Assembly: GCA_051954235.1 (NCBI GenBank)
Contig: JBQCHY010000056.1
Coordinates: 4,499 to 68,498 of the forward strand
DNA length: 64,000 nucleotides
Direction of reading: 5' to 3'
From: Xanthobacteraceae bacterium
GTDB lineage: Bacteria > Pseudomonadota > Alphaproteobacteria > Rhizobiales > Xanthobacteraceae
Shown here: piece by piece, positions 1 through 9,384 of the stretch
Layout: the number at the start of each line of letters is the position of its first letter
Numbering within the stretch: the first letter of the stretch is position 1
Translations under genes and position numbers: made by a program
Notes under the pieces: model-generated
Seen by the model: only the letters and a program-made list of their open reading frames with translations
Databases searched by the model: none
Told to the model about the DNA's origin: nothing

Positions 1-855
1 GGCACTCTTCTGCACTCATACCCAATCACACCCGCATCGAAAGCTCGTAACGAGGCGATTTTAGCAGCTAGCTCCGACTTCAGCCGAATATATCGAGATC
101 ATTGCCACCTTGCTTTTGAGGAAACACGCTCTCTGGATTGCGTGTACGCAAACAAGAATAGTCAACACACCGTCGTGTTGTTCGGCGATAGCCATGCCGC
201 ACAATGGTTCGATGCCATCGAAAAAGCGGCAACAGATACAGGTTGGCGGCTGGTGTCGAGAACCAAAAGTAGTTGCCCTTCGGTTGATGTTGGAATGTGG
301 CTGTCTCCGCTGACGAAGTTCTATGAGGAATGCGACATCTGGCGCAACAACGTTCTTGCCGAACTGAAAGCCGCACCGCCTGACTTGGTCATTATCGCAA
401 ACTCCTCTCACTACCACGGTTTATTGTACGACCGTTCATCTCGAACGATCATTGATTCCGGCAGTGAAAGCAAAAGATGGAGCAGAGGCACGCTATCGAC
501 GATTGAGGCAATTATTTCTCAAGGCTCACGTGTTGTTTTAATCCAAGATAATCCCCGGCTACTCGCCTCATATAAAAATTGCCTCTCGGTCTCCGATCAC
601 TGCGGGAGAATCAAAACCGAAGCATTAGCCGGAATGAAGGTCGAATTCAGAGATATTTCCCAGCAAGGAGTCACGCAAATAGACTTTAACAGTACGATCT
701 GTGACGGGTCGTGGTGTTCCAGCACTCGCGATGGCAACATAATCTATCAAGACTCCCACCATCTTACTGCGTCTTACGCTTCTACATATTGGCACAACTT
801 TAGAGAAATACTAATTCACAATACCCCACCAAATACTGCTGAAAGCAATCAATAA
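1..855 (+). CDS. OafA/YrhL-type O-acyltransferase, C-terminal SGNH-like domain (5' end lies outside the window)
   Basis: Frame 1 has no stop from nt 1 up to the listed Met at 142. It carries VVLFGDSHAAQW (block-I GDS-like) and QDSHHLT (block-V DxxH-like) motifs, typical of the SGNH extension of acyltransferase-3 proteins. Confidence 0.7.
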   Translation, partial: GTLLHSYPITPASKARNEAILAASSDFSRIYRDHCHLAFEETRSLDCVYANKNSQHTVVLFGDSHAAQWFDAIEKAATDTGWRLVSRTKSSCPSVDVGMWLSPLTKFYEECDIWRNNVLAELKAAPPDLVIIANSSHYHGLLYDRSSRTIIDSGSESKRWSRGTLSTIEAIISQGSRVVLIQDNPRLLASYKNCLSVSDHCGRIKTEALAGMKVEFRDISQQGVTQIDFNSTICDGSWCSSTRDGNIIYQDSHHLTASYASTYWHNFREILIHNTPPNTAESNQ

Positions 856-987
856 TTATCAAGCTCCCGTCACGCCGCGCCATCGCTAATTGATTCAACA
901 CTAGGGCCAGAAACGTTGCGCTCGGACGGACCCTCGTGATTCAAGCTCCCAAGCTGGGGGGCGAATCATGCGGTACGAACTCGCCGA

Positions 988-1260
988 CTATGAGACGGGA
1001 TCGTCAAAACCGTGCTTGTCGAGCGTGCGGCGAAGTAGGCCAGATACTTTCGGGTCCCCAAAAAACTCGGTGATGTATGCGAGTGCGGCGGACTTGTTGT
1101 TCGCCACTGCTATTGCGACCGGAAGCTGATGAAAGGCGCCATCGACTAAGCGTGATCCGGGCACTTGCTTGACGTAGGCAGGAAGAGAATCGCGCGCTAA
1201 CGCAAGTGCATTCGCCTTGCCCTCGCGCATGGCCGTGATGGCTTCAGCGACCGAAGTCAC
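988..1260 (-). pseudogene. C-terminal fragment (about 90 aa) of a family-3 periplasmic solute-binding protein
   Basis: Only the C-terminal lobe-like sequence is present (...LPVAIAVANNKSAALAYITEF...). There is no N-terminal part or signal peptide, and it abuts IS110-like debris. Confidence 0.45.
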
Positions 1261-1810
1261 CGGCGAGATCGTCGTGCTCCGTAGCCGAGGGCGTGGCCAC
1301 CGCGAGCGAGCCCAGCCGGTTCCGCTCAGGATGCCAGTTCGCAGCCTAGCTCGCCTTGTCCCCAGACAGAACTCGAGCGGTGACCGTCAAGGTTTCGGCG
1401 GCTTCTCAAAGCAGGGAGACTGTTATGTTCGCTATCTCCTTGTCGTTGGTGGCACAGCCGTGATCCGCCACCGAGGCAAGCGGACGCCAGCAGACCGGTG
1501 ACTGCAATCATTGCTGGAGAAGAAACCGTGAGGCTGGTCTCGGTCGCGCTCGCCAACAAGGTCGCCCGGGACGCCTGGGCTCTTCTTGCCCCGGGAGCAG
1601 CATTTGAACCCTCACCACCTCGGCGCTTGCTGACAGACATCAGTCGCAGCAGGCGAATACACAGGAATTGATGACGGCAGAACGTGGCGAGATGATCGAC
1701 CAACAACGAGAACACCCCGCGTGTTTCAATGCATCTCGAATGCGCCAGCTTGATCGGGGGCCTCGTTCGCGGATTTTCATCACGGCCAACGGACCATGCT
1801 CCGCGTAGAA
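1217..1810 (+). mobile_element. IS110-family transposase C-terminal remnant, frameshifted
   Basis: GGFSKQGDCYVRYLLVVGGTAVIRH appears in one frame and VSVALANKVARDAWALL in another. Both resemble the conserved C-terminal blocks of IS110-family transposases. No intact ORF and no N-terminal DEDD domain are present. Confidence 0.5.
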
Positions 1811-2464
1811 ACAGACCTGGCATATGAAAGCGACCGATCAGAAGCTCACCAAGGCCATAGCCAATCGACGTCGTCCACATAACCTAGCCGCCCAAAACCT
1901 CGACCTGCATCACCTAATGGCCTCAAAGTTAGAAAGGCCAAGCACTTCGCGAATTGCCAAACGCCACGCAGGACGGGGGCTCATCTGATGTGCACTCTGC
2001 GACCATCGAAACGGGCGATCCTACCTTCACCCAGTATATGATCGCACAAAGTTCACCGATCTTCACTACCTCTCAAGCCCGGCGTTGAATCTAAACTACA
2101 TTCTTGGGAACCCGTCATCTCTAAATTCTCCTACAGTCTAAAAGCTGCACCTTATTTCTGACGAACAATTACAGGAACTATGCCCAGACACACTATCTGG
2201 ATGAACTCCCTTTCTGAGAAACGAAAACGGGGCACCGCTATGCTGCTAGCTGACTTCAAGAGACGCTGTTCTCACTATGCGCTTGATCCTGGCATCCTGG
2301 AAATCACCCCTACAAATTAAGCATAGGCCTACTGCTTCCAGCCTTTATCTCGGGCCGAAGGGTTTGCCGATTGACATTCTCGCGCGAGCATCAACGAGCC
2401 CGCCTAAAACCCACCAATCCATCTCTCGCACAGAGTGCCGAGACGCTGGATGCCGAGGCATGTG

Positions 2465-3958
2465 ATGCTATTATCGCGGACTAGCCCACCAAGTCATGCT
2501 CCTGAACGACTCTTTGGACTTTTAATTGGACTAGCGATTGCAGTTTCGCTTCTGGGGCGGTCGCTTGTACTCCCAGGCCAAGCGATCTCGCTGGTCGCCT
2601 TTATTGCGGCTCTAGCAATTCTCCCATTCACATCAATCGCCCCCTCTCGTCTTGGGATCGGCCTCGTCACGACCTTCATATTGGTCTTCTTGTACATTTG
2701 TTTGATTGCTTTTTCAGCCAAGGAATCTCAATGGGTGAATCTATTGAACCTTGGGGATTGGTCCCGTCACGCCGAACACTACGTTGATTCTAAACTCACC
2801 GTCTTCGCGATCACTGGGCTGCCGCCGATTATCCTTGCCGTGCTGCTGACAATATTGAATCATCGTCAGATCGCGACCCGATACGTTCTACTGGGAATCA
2901 TCGCGACATCAGCACTCGGATTTATAATTTTAGCTTCATCCTCAAACGAGCTGATGGGCACGAATTATGGGACTGCAGCAGACTGGCTATCTGGCAAAGG
3001 CCGACCAGCTTTTTCAACCATATCAATGGGGCTACTTCTTATCTTGGGCGCACTTGCTGCGCTTTGTTGGGTTGGAAAAGCGCCTGCACTGGACAAGATA
3101 ATTGCTGCATTTGTTGGCTTTTGCCTGGTGGCAACGATAATGCTTCACCGTCGCATCGACACGATTCTTTTTGTGATCGCTATTGTTGCGATCCTTATAA
3201 CCCACGCTCGAAAAAGTTCTTCCTGGAAGAGTGCGGTAACTTTAATGGCGATAATATTCGCCATTCCAACGGTCTCGTTGCCCTTGGTAGCGAATGATTT
3301 TACGTCATCCTATTGGTACCACATCGCATCTGGAATGAAGTATCGAACCAACGCTGCAACGATAGCAATCGATCTCATCCAAGCCGATGCAGATGAAAGC
3401 ACCGCAGAAAAGTTGGGAACGGCTAAGGATAAAACCGCTTGGCTGACGAACAAGGAAATTACCAGCGAGAATAAGGAGGCGGCGACCGCGAATCATGCAA
3501 GCGTCAGCGACGATGAACGTTTCAACGCCATATTCGATTTCGGTGCAAAGATTCTATTCGGCTATGGACTCGGATTTTATGCGGACAATAGCGCAGACGG
3601 AATGATGTATCCACACAACTTAATTATTGAAACATTCCTTGAAAACGGAGCCATTGCCTCGGGCGCACTTCTTGTCTCAATTTTTCTTCCGCTCATCCCG
3701 CTATTTGCCAAGCTCCGCCGAGGAACAATATCTCGCTACGAGCTTGCGTTTTTTGCGATAGCAATAGTTCTTTTTACCGTCTCGCTGAAGGCCGGTGAGA
3801 TCTCGAGCGTTGGACATCTATTGTTTTTCGTTATTCTCGCTGGAGCTACTCACGAAACCTCGTTAAGAGATTCTAAGAACGTTACGCCTCAGTTGCCAAC
3901 AACCCATGCAGCTTCAACAATAACAAAACACCGCCGGCAATTGCGACCGATCGATTGA
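2465..3958 (+). CDS. O-antigen polymerase/ligase-family membrane protein (Wzy_C-type loop)
   Basis: The protein is multi-TM with a large hydrophilic loop followed by GYGLGFY...YPHNLIIETFLENG, a Wzy_C/O-antigen-ligase-type motif. The start is uncertain (Met codons at 2435, 2450 and 2465). Confidence 0.7.
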   Translation: MLLSRTSPPSHAPERLFGLLIGLAIAVSLLGRSLVLPGQAISLVAFIAALAILPFTSIAPSRLGIGLVTTFILVFLYICLIAFSAKESQWVNLLNLGDWSRHAEHYVDSKLTVFAITGLPPIILAVLLTILNHRQIATRYVLLGIIATSALGFIILASSSNELMGTNYGTAADWLSGKGRPAFSTISMGLLLILGALAALCWVGKAPALDKIIAAFVGFCLVATIMLHRRIDTILFVIAIVAILITHARKSSSWKSAVTLMAIIFAIPTVSLPLVANDFTSSYWYHIASGMKYRTNAATIAIDLIQADADESTAEKLGTAKDKTAWLTNKEITSENKEAATANHASVSDDERFNAIFDFGAKILFGYGLGFYADNSADGMMYPHNLIIETFLENGAIASGALLVSIFLPLIPLFAKLRRGTISRYELAFFAIAIVLFTVSLKAGEISSVGHLLFFVILAGATHETSLRDSKNVTPQLPTTHAASTITKHRRQLRPID

Positions 3959-4838
3959 GCTGCTGCCGGTTTGATGGATACCGAGATTGGGTGTTTCATG
4001 AAGCCGGAGGTTGCCATGCAGAGACGGACGTTCAGCCGGGAATTTATGCTTGAGGCGGTGAAGCTGGTCAGGGAGCGCGGGTTTCGGCAGCTCAGGCTAC
4101 GCGCGATCTGGACGTCCACGAGAACGTGCTACGCAAGTGGATCAAGGAGTTTGACTCCGGCCCGGTGCAGGCCTTTCCCGGTCATGGGCAGACGAATCCC
4201 GAGCAACTGGAGATCGCGCGGCTCAAGCGCGAAGTTGCCAAGCTCAGAGCCGAGAGGGATATCCTAAAAAATGCCGCAGCCTTCTTCGCGAGGGAAGCGA
4301 CATGAAGCTCGTCTTCATTGCGAAGCACCGGGATATCTATCCGGTGGCATGGCTATGCAACGCGTTGGGCGTCTCCCGCTCGGGCTTCCATGCCTGGCTG
4401 AATCGTTCGCTCAGCGCCAGATCCCGGAGCGACGAAGCGACCGGCGACCGTATCAGGGCTAGCTTTATCAGTAATGATCGAACCTACGGGTCCCGCCGGG
4501 TCTGGCGGGACCTGCTTGCCGCGAGCATTGATTGCGATCTTCATCGGGTCGAGCGCCTGATGCGCCTGCGGGCCTTGCGGGCCAGGCCGCAACGACGGCG
4601 TCTTCCGCGGGATGAAGGCGATCGCGGGATCACAACCGTGCCGTCAAATTTGCTGACCCGGCAATTTGCGGCCGAGCGACCGAACCAGAAGTGGATTGCA
4701 GACTTCACCTATATCTGTACAGCGACTGGCAGTATGTCTCGGCGGCGATCGATCTGTTCTCGCGCCGGGTGGTCGGCTGGTCGATGAACGCCGGCATGAC
4801 GGCTCAGTTAGCCGCGGATGCGCTGTTGCATCAGATAA
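3956..4838 (+). mobile_element. IS3-family element remnant (orfA frameshifted, orfB frameshifted and 3'-truncated)
   Basis: orfA reads RRTFSREFMLEAVKLVRERG, then after a frame change DLDVHENVLRKWIKEF...EIARLKREVAKLRAERDILKNAAAFFAREAT. An A6 run at 4266-4271 lies at the usual orfA/orfB -1 slip position. orfB reads MKLVFIAKHRDIYPVAWLCNALGVSRSGFHAW...[11 protein letters not shown], then shifts to ...[15 protein letters not shown]...ADALL and stops matching near 4838. The rest of the catalytic core (the remaining DDE residues) is missing. Confidence 0.8.
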
Positions 4839-4846
4839 AGATAAAC

Positions 4847-5959
4847 TTAAGCTCTTTCGAGCACTTCATCATAAAGCTTCAGAAGCTTCGCTTCCTCCAC
4901 AGTCCAATTATACTTACTTTCGACCGCGTGTCGACCACGCTCCCCCATATGTCGCGCCAGATTGGGATCATCGATCAATCTGTCAATTGCTGAAGCAATC
5001 TGTTCCGGGCTAAGAGGATCCACGCATATTCCACATTCGTTACCTTCGACAATTTTCCGCCAAAGCGGAAAATTCGAAGAAACAACTGGCAAACCCGCAG
5101 CCATGTACTCGAACATCTTGATCGGTAGCGAATCAAGGTAGGCTGGCGTTGGATGAAGCGTGACAAGGCCTGCCATCGAGCGGTCCAGTACAGCCTTGAT
5201 TCCTTCCCGCGAAAGGAAGCCGAGCTCATTGGTTCTAATCCAACCCGGCATTTGCTCCACTTCGGCCTTCACTTGCTTTTCGGAAAAGTCCCCAGCCAGA
5301 TTGAGGCGCGCGCCCGACTTGGATGCTGCTATAGCCTCGACCGCCTGCTTGATGCCCCGAACCGCCGTAATGCTGCCGACGTAGCAGATTTCCTTCTCCT
5401 TGCGCACCCAAGGCGCATCCGGAGCAAGTTCATCAAGCAAAGGGAAGTTACTTATATTCACCGAATGAATGCCTAGATGCTCGAACTTATCACGAATTGT
5501 TGGCGTTGCAGCGATAACTGCATCGAAGCGTCGGCAGGCAAATTTCTCTAGAATGCTTGCTGCTCTGGAGATGGATCGCCTAGCAACAGGATGTAGATAA
5601 GTTTTGGAGAGAATCTGGCGCGGCAAATCCTCATGAGCATCGAAAATAACATGCTTGCCACGACGCTTGAGAGCGAGGCCGATGCCTAACAGTTCGGGAT
5701 CGTGCAAATGATATAGATCAGCATCATGCGCAAATGCGGATTTCAAAACCCGACGAGTCGCACCAAGCATCCGGTCGATTCGACCATCTGAAGCACCCGT
5801 ATCGACAACACGAACACCATCTTTCACTTCGTCGCTCAATCCGTCAGCAACAATCAGCGTGACCTCATGTCCGGCTGCAGCAGTGCTTCGGCACATCTTC
5901 AGAAAGATGCGAACATCATAGCGAGGATGAACAGAAGTCAGATGTACAATGCGAGCCAC
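4847..5959 (-). CDS. GT4-family glycosyltransferase
   Basis: The 370-aa ORF has GT-B/GT4 features: N-terminal (V)[18 protein letters not shown] and a C-terminal EGNECGI...P-type EX7E region. It uses a GTG start at 5957-5959. Confidence 0.85.
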   Translation of the reverse strand: MARIVHLTSVHPRYDVRIFLKMCRSTAAAGHEVTLIVADGLSDEVKDGVRVVDTGASDGRIDRMLGATRRVLKSAFAHDADLYHLHDPELLGIGLALKRRGKHVIFDAHEDLPRQILSKTYLHPVARRSISRAASILEKFACRRFDAVIAATPTIRDKFEHLGIHSVNISNFPLLDELAPDAPWVRKEKEICYVGSITAVRGIKQAVEAIAASKSGARLNLAGDFSEKQVKAEVEQMPGWIRTNELGFLSREGIKAVLDRSMAGLVTLHPTPAYLDSLPIKMFEYMAAGLPVVSSNFPLWRKIVEGNECGICVDPLSPEQIASAIDRLIDDPNLARHMGERGRHAVESKYNWTVEEAKLLKLYDEVLERA

Positions 5960-6057
5960 TTGAAACCCTACCGCCTGACTAATGTACTCACGTTATCGAA
6001 ATCTACCATGAGACATATCGCTGCCACCTAGAAATCGGGCGTGTAACGGCGCTCCGA

Positions 6058-7320
6058 TCAAGATGAGCATCGGCTATTAAAAGTCGAGTCCTGAAACAAC
6101 AGCTGAAGGTAGTTTTCGGCCAGAACTTTATAATTTCGGTTGCGCAACAGCCAAACTCGCCCAGCATCCCCCATCGCGACGCGAATTTTGGTTGGCATAT
6201 CGACGTAGCGCAGAATTTCTGTGCGCAGCGCCTCTACATCGCCAGTGGGAACGAAACTCCCGCACCCCGCTTCATCGATCATTGAAGGATAACCCGAATA
6301 GGATGCAACTATCGGCTTGCCCGAAAGCATATAATCGATCACTTTATTAAGGGATTGGCCGTATTTCCAGATTTTTGATGTATGCGTCGAAAAATATAGC
6401 AGATCGCTGCGCGTCAACACCGCCTGAACCATAGTCTTTCTGACCGCAGGAGCGAAAGTGATGTTTGGCAAATCGGCGCAGAGTTCCTGATACTTAGTCT
6501 TAAGATCTCCGTTTCCTACAATCAGAAAATGGATGTTCGAATATCCTTGTAGGGCGCGAGCGCAAGCCAATAGAGTATCAAGTGCATTCGTAATGCCGAT
6601 AGACCCAGCATGGCAGACAACGAACTTGTCTCGAGGTATGTATCTGGCTTCATAGTCGGATTCCAGCGGTTCGGCGGCCGCCAGCGACACTTCGTCTACA
6701 CCCATCGGAATACAATGAACCGTTCGTCTTTGACCGAGAACCTCGGCAACATGGCTTCCGAGGTTGGGCATTGTTCCGACGATCACGTCCGCATGACGAT
6801 AACCCAAACGCTCGATCAGTCCTAAGCCAATAACAAAAGGGTTACGCTTGCCGTAACCTCCCTCCTCTGTCATCGTTAAGGGCCAAATGTCGCGAATCTC
6901 AAATACGAGACGACATCCGTGCCGAACGCGTAGAAGAAATCCGTTTACGATGGTCAACAGTGACAGACTCGACACGATCACCACATCGGGACGGCCAAAT
7001 TGCTGCTTTGGAAGGCGCCATAGGCGCCATTCAAAGTCGAGCCAGCTCAGGATCCGACGTAACGATTTGGCGGCTCCATATTTGAGCGTCTTTACCCAGC
7101 AGACTTCGACGCCATCGATGATATCAATGTGATGGCTTCCCTCGAACTGCGGCGCGGTCACCAAATGGTTTGAATCCGACGTCAGGATAACGCCGCGGTG
7201 CCCCATACGCACGAACTCGCGCATGATGAGAAACCCTCGCGCGCCGACCGATCCAGACATCGGCGGCACAGCGTATTTGGAGACGTACCAGATATTCGCG
7301 GGCAAGTCCTTACGCCTCAT
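6058..7320 (-). CDS. GT4-family glycosyltransferase (WbuB-like)
   Basis: IWYVSKYAVPP...GARGFLIMREF is the N-terminus typical of WbuB-type GT4 enzymes. The start is taken at the MRRK Met (7318-7320), which overlaps the upstream gene's stop by 11 nt. Confidence 0.8.
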   Translation of the reverse strand: MRRKDLPANIWYVSKYAVPPMSGSVGARGFLIMREFVRMGHRGVILTSDSNHLVTAPQFEGSHHIDIIDGVEVCWVKTLKYGAAKSLRRILSWLDFEWRLWRLPKQQFGRPDVVIVSSLSLLTIVNGFLLRVRHGCRLVFEIRDIWPLTMTEEGGYGKRNPFVIGLGLIERLGYRHADVIVGTMPNLGSHVAEVLGQRRTVHCIPMGVDEVSLAAAEPLESDYEARYIPRDKFVVCHAGSIGITNALDTLLACARALQGYSNIHFLIVGNGDLKTKYQELCADLPNITFAPAVRKTMVQAVLTRSDLLYFSTHTSKIWKYGQSLNKVIDYMLSGKPIVASYSGYPSMIDEAGCGSFVPTGDVEALRTEILRYVDMPTKIRVAMGDAGRVWLLRNRNYKVLAENYLQLLFQDSTFNSRCSS

Positions 7321-9130
7321 ACATTCGCGGAACAGAATTGACGACGCGGATGACTTCGGAAAAATCCAGACCCACCGCGTCAAGATACCATTTTATATTT
7401 GGGTAACGTGGCCGGTTCTCATCTTGAATTAACGCCATCGCTTCTTGACGGGTCATCTGTCCCTCACGGATCTGATTACTGCGGAACGTATCATGCTCCG
7501 TAAATCCCGCGATCGTGTAATAGATATAGTTATAAAAAGCAGCGGTTCCATCACCGATGCGCCAAGTTGTAGATGTGTCGGGAGCTTTCTCCCAATCGTA
7601 TCTTGCAAGACACTGATCTACGATCCGTTCGTCCCATGTCCAGTAATCGAAGATATGAAAATAGTCAGACTTCTCCGCAAAACTGCGGTAGTACTCGCCC
7701 GAGAAAGTATCCCATAGCGAGCTGTTGAAATAGCTTGGACTTTGTAACATCGCCTTGAGACGTAGGTACTGATAGCGCAATTGTTTCATCCCGCCACTGA
7801 TGTAAACACGCTCTTCCGCAAAATCCGGTGGCACACCGAGAAACCCTGCCTTGAAATGCGTGACTTCGAGCGGATTGACACCCCAGAGATTCAGCGTAAT
7901 TCCCGTCTGGCGCTTGACGGTTTCAACATGGCGGAAAAAATGCTTGTCGCCGGCGGTCAATATGCTGACCATGCCGAGATTGGGTGACTTCAACCAAGCG
8001 CGAAGGTTCATCGCGATGTTCTCGCGCTTCTTGGCAATATCATCGGCGACAATGATATTTTCAACGCCCAGCTCTGCCGACATTCGGCTGATATTTCGCC
8101 GCCCAAGGTCTGTTACCATACCCCAATCATACGTATAGGTCACAGGCTTCATTCGAAGCTCGTTAACGATCAAATGTAGTGCGTAGCAGCTGTCACGACC
8201 TCCTGAAAAAGGAACTACACAATCGTTACCGAACTTACGGCGGAACGGCTCTACCAAGGCAAACAACTGTTCTTTCGGTTTCGGCTTATTGCGCGGCTTA
8301 TAGTGAAGGCAATAATTGCAAACACCCTCTTCGTTGAATCGGATGAAGGGCATGGTTTCCGGTAACACACATCGCGTGCAACGACGCAGTTGTGGCTGAG
8401 GATATACGAGAAGCTTTTCTTCCGACGACGAAAGTGTGAGCGGCGGTATGAGATTGGCACGATGTCCGGCTTTATTGACGATGACATAGTCACCAGTTGA
8501 CACCGGAATATCGAGAACAACTGCATCACGCTTAATCTGCCTAATTTCCTCGCACTTCAATTCGGTCAATGGAAACTCTTCAGAGGAGAAATACGTTGCC
8601 GCTGACTTCTTACCGATATAGAGGCTACCATTATTGGAGAATAGGCAAAGCTTCCCCAACCTCGGCAGCGCAAGCGCGCAAGCGACAACACCGACGCATA
8701 AATCAAGCACTCGAGCAGGAATATCCTCAACACGGCCGCCCTGCGCCAGATGCAGAGCAGCGATCGCGGGAATCACTTCGGTATCGATTTGCAGCTCTGG
8801 GACCTTGCCTATCTTGTTCCAGATTGACTCGTGATTAACAATGATGCCGTTGTGCAAGACGCAGACATCCTCGCGAAGTACCGGCTGATTGTCATTAAGA
8901 CCATTAGTAATCAGCCGGCTGTGGCCCATCACAACGCTAGTCACATAGGGACGCGATTCGCTCAGTAGGCGAGAGATGGGATAGTCAGCTCGGTGCACCT
9001 GATAGATGCCATCCTGCCAGAACAGCAGCCCACTGGAATCTTTGCCGCGCTGCTGGGCGTGCGTAGCCAACCTTACGAGGTCGTCCTTCACCGACGAATC
9101 CGCCGAGATTATCCCAAAAATTCCACACAT
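7310..9130 (-). CDS. Fusion protein: class-II (Ntn) glutamine amidotransferase domain plus N-acetyl-sugar amidotransferase (WbuX/WbpG/PseA-type PP-loop ATPase)
   Basis: The N-terminus is MCGIFGI (catalytic Cys2) plus a GATase-II-like 200 aa. Then come a zinc ribbon CTRCVLPETMPFIRFNEEGVCNYC, a PP-loop VVPFSGGRDSCYAL and RIGDGTAAFYNYIYY, all typical of the WbuX family. Confidence 0.85.
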   Translation of the reverse strand: MCGIFGIISADSSVKDDLVRLATHAQQRGKDSSGLLFWQDGIYQVHRADYPISRLLSESRPYVTSVVMGHSRLITNGLNDNQPVLREDVCVLHNGIIVNHESIWNKIGKVPELQIDTEVIPAIAALHLAQGGRVEDIPARVLDLCVGVVACALALPRLGKLCLFSNNGSLYIGKKSAATYFSSEEFPLTELKCEEIRQIKRDAVVLDIPVSTGDYVIVNKAGHRANLIPPLTLSSSEEKLLVYPQPQLRRCTRCVLPETMPFIRFNEEGVCNYCLHYKPRNKPKPKEQLFALVEPFRRKFGNDCVVPFSGGRDSCYALHLIVNELRMKPVTYTYDWGMVTDLGRRNISRMSAELGVENIIVADDIAKKRENIAMNLRAWLKSPNLGMVSILTAGDKHFFRHVETVKRQTGITLNLWGVNPLEVTHFKAGFLGVPPDFAEERVYISGGMKQLRYQYLRLKAMLQSPSYFNSSLWDTFSGEYYRSFAEKSDYFHIFDYWTWDERIVDQCLARYDWEKAPDTSTTWRIGDGTAAFYNYIYYTIAGFTEHDTFRSNQIREGQMTRQEAMALIQDENRPRYPNIKWYLDAVGLDFSEVIRVVNSVPRMYEA

Positions 9131-9384
9131 CGTTCGGTTCCTACAAAGCAGCTCTGTAATTCAAATCCATCATCTAGGCGTATCCTACGCCGTCTTGCTC
9201 TTGGGTACCCAGGCATTTAACTGCTTATTCATCATGACACTCAACCTCACAGGTAAGACGACCAACCGCTTCCGGCGATCGCACGAATTCTGTCGACAAA
9301 TACTTTGGTTCCGACAACGAATCGCCAGTGCGACCTCGGTTTGGTCAACAAAACCGGCAACGCCAAAAACACCCGAGGAACCGT

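Noticed and set aside
968-994. MRYELADYE, the possible first nine codons of an IS5/IS427-type transposase.
   Set aside because: Nine residues are too short to support a feature call. It is mentioned only as part of the debris finding.
1326-1880. A 184-aa minus-strand ORF.
   Set aside because: It lies antisense to the IS110-type remnant, and its translation is low-complexity Arg/Ser/Leu-rich with no motif.
4691-4993. A 100-aa plus-strand ORF that crosses from the IS3 orfB fragment into the GT4 gene region.
   Set aside because: It is a chimeric reading frame. The first part is the genuine orfB fragment ([15 protein letters not shown]). The remainder is antisense to the GT4 gene's 3' end.
5968-5975. 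An exact ops-like octamer GGCGGTAG (minus strand), 8 nt upstream of the GTG start of the GT4 gene.
   Set aside because: About two occurrences of any 8-mer are expected by chance on both strands of 64 kb. It sits at the RBS position rather than in a long leader. RfaH/ops control is a gammaproteobacterial feature, and no JUMPstart context is present.
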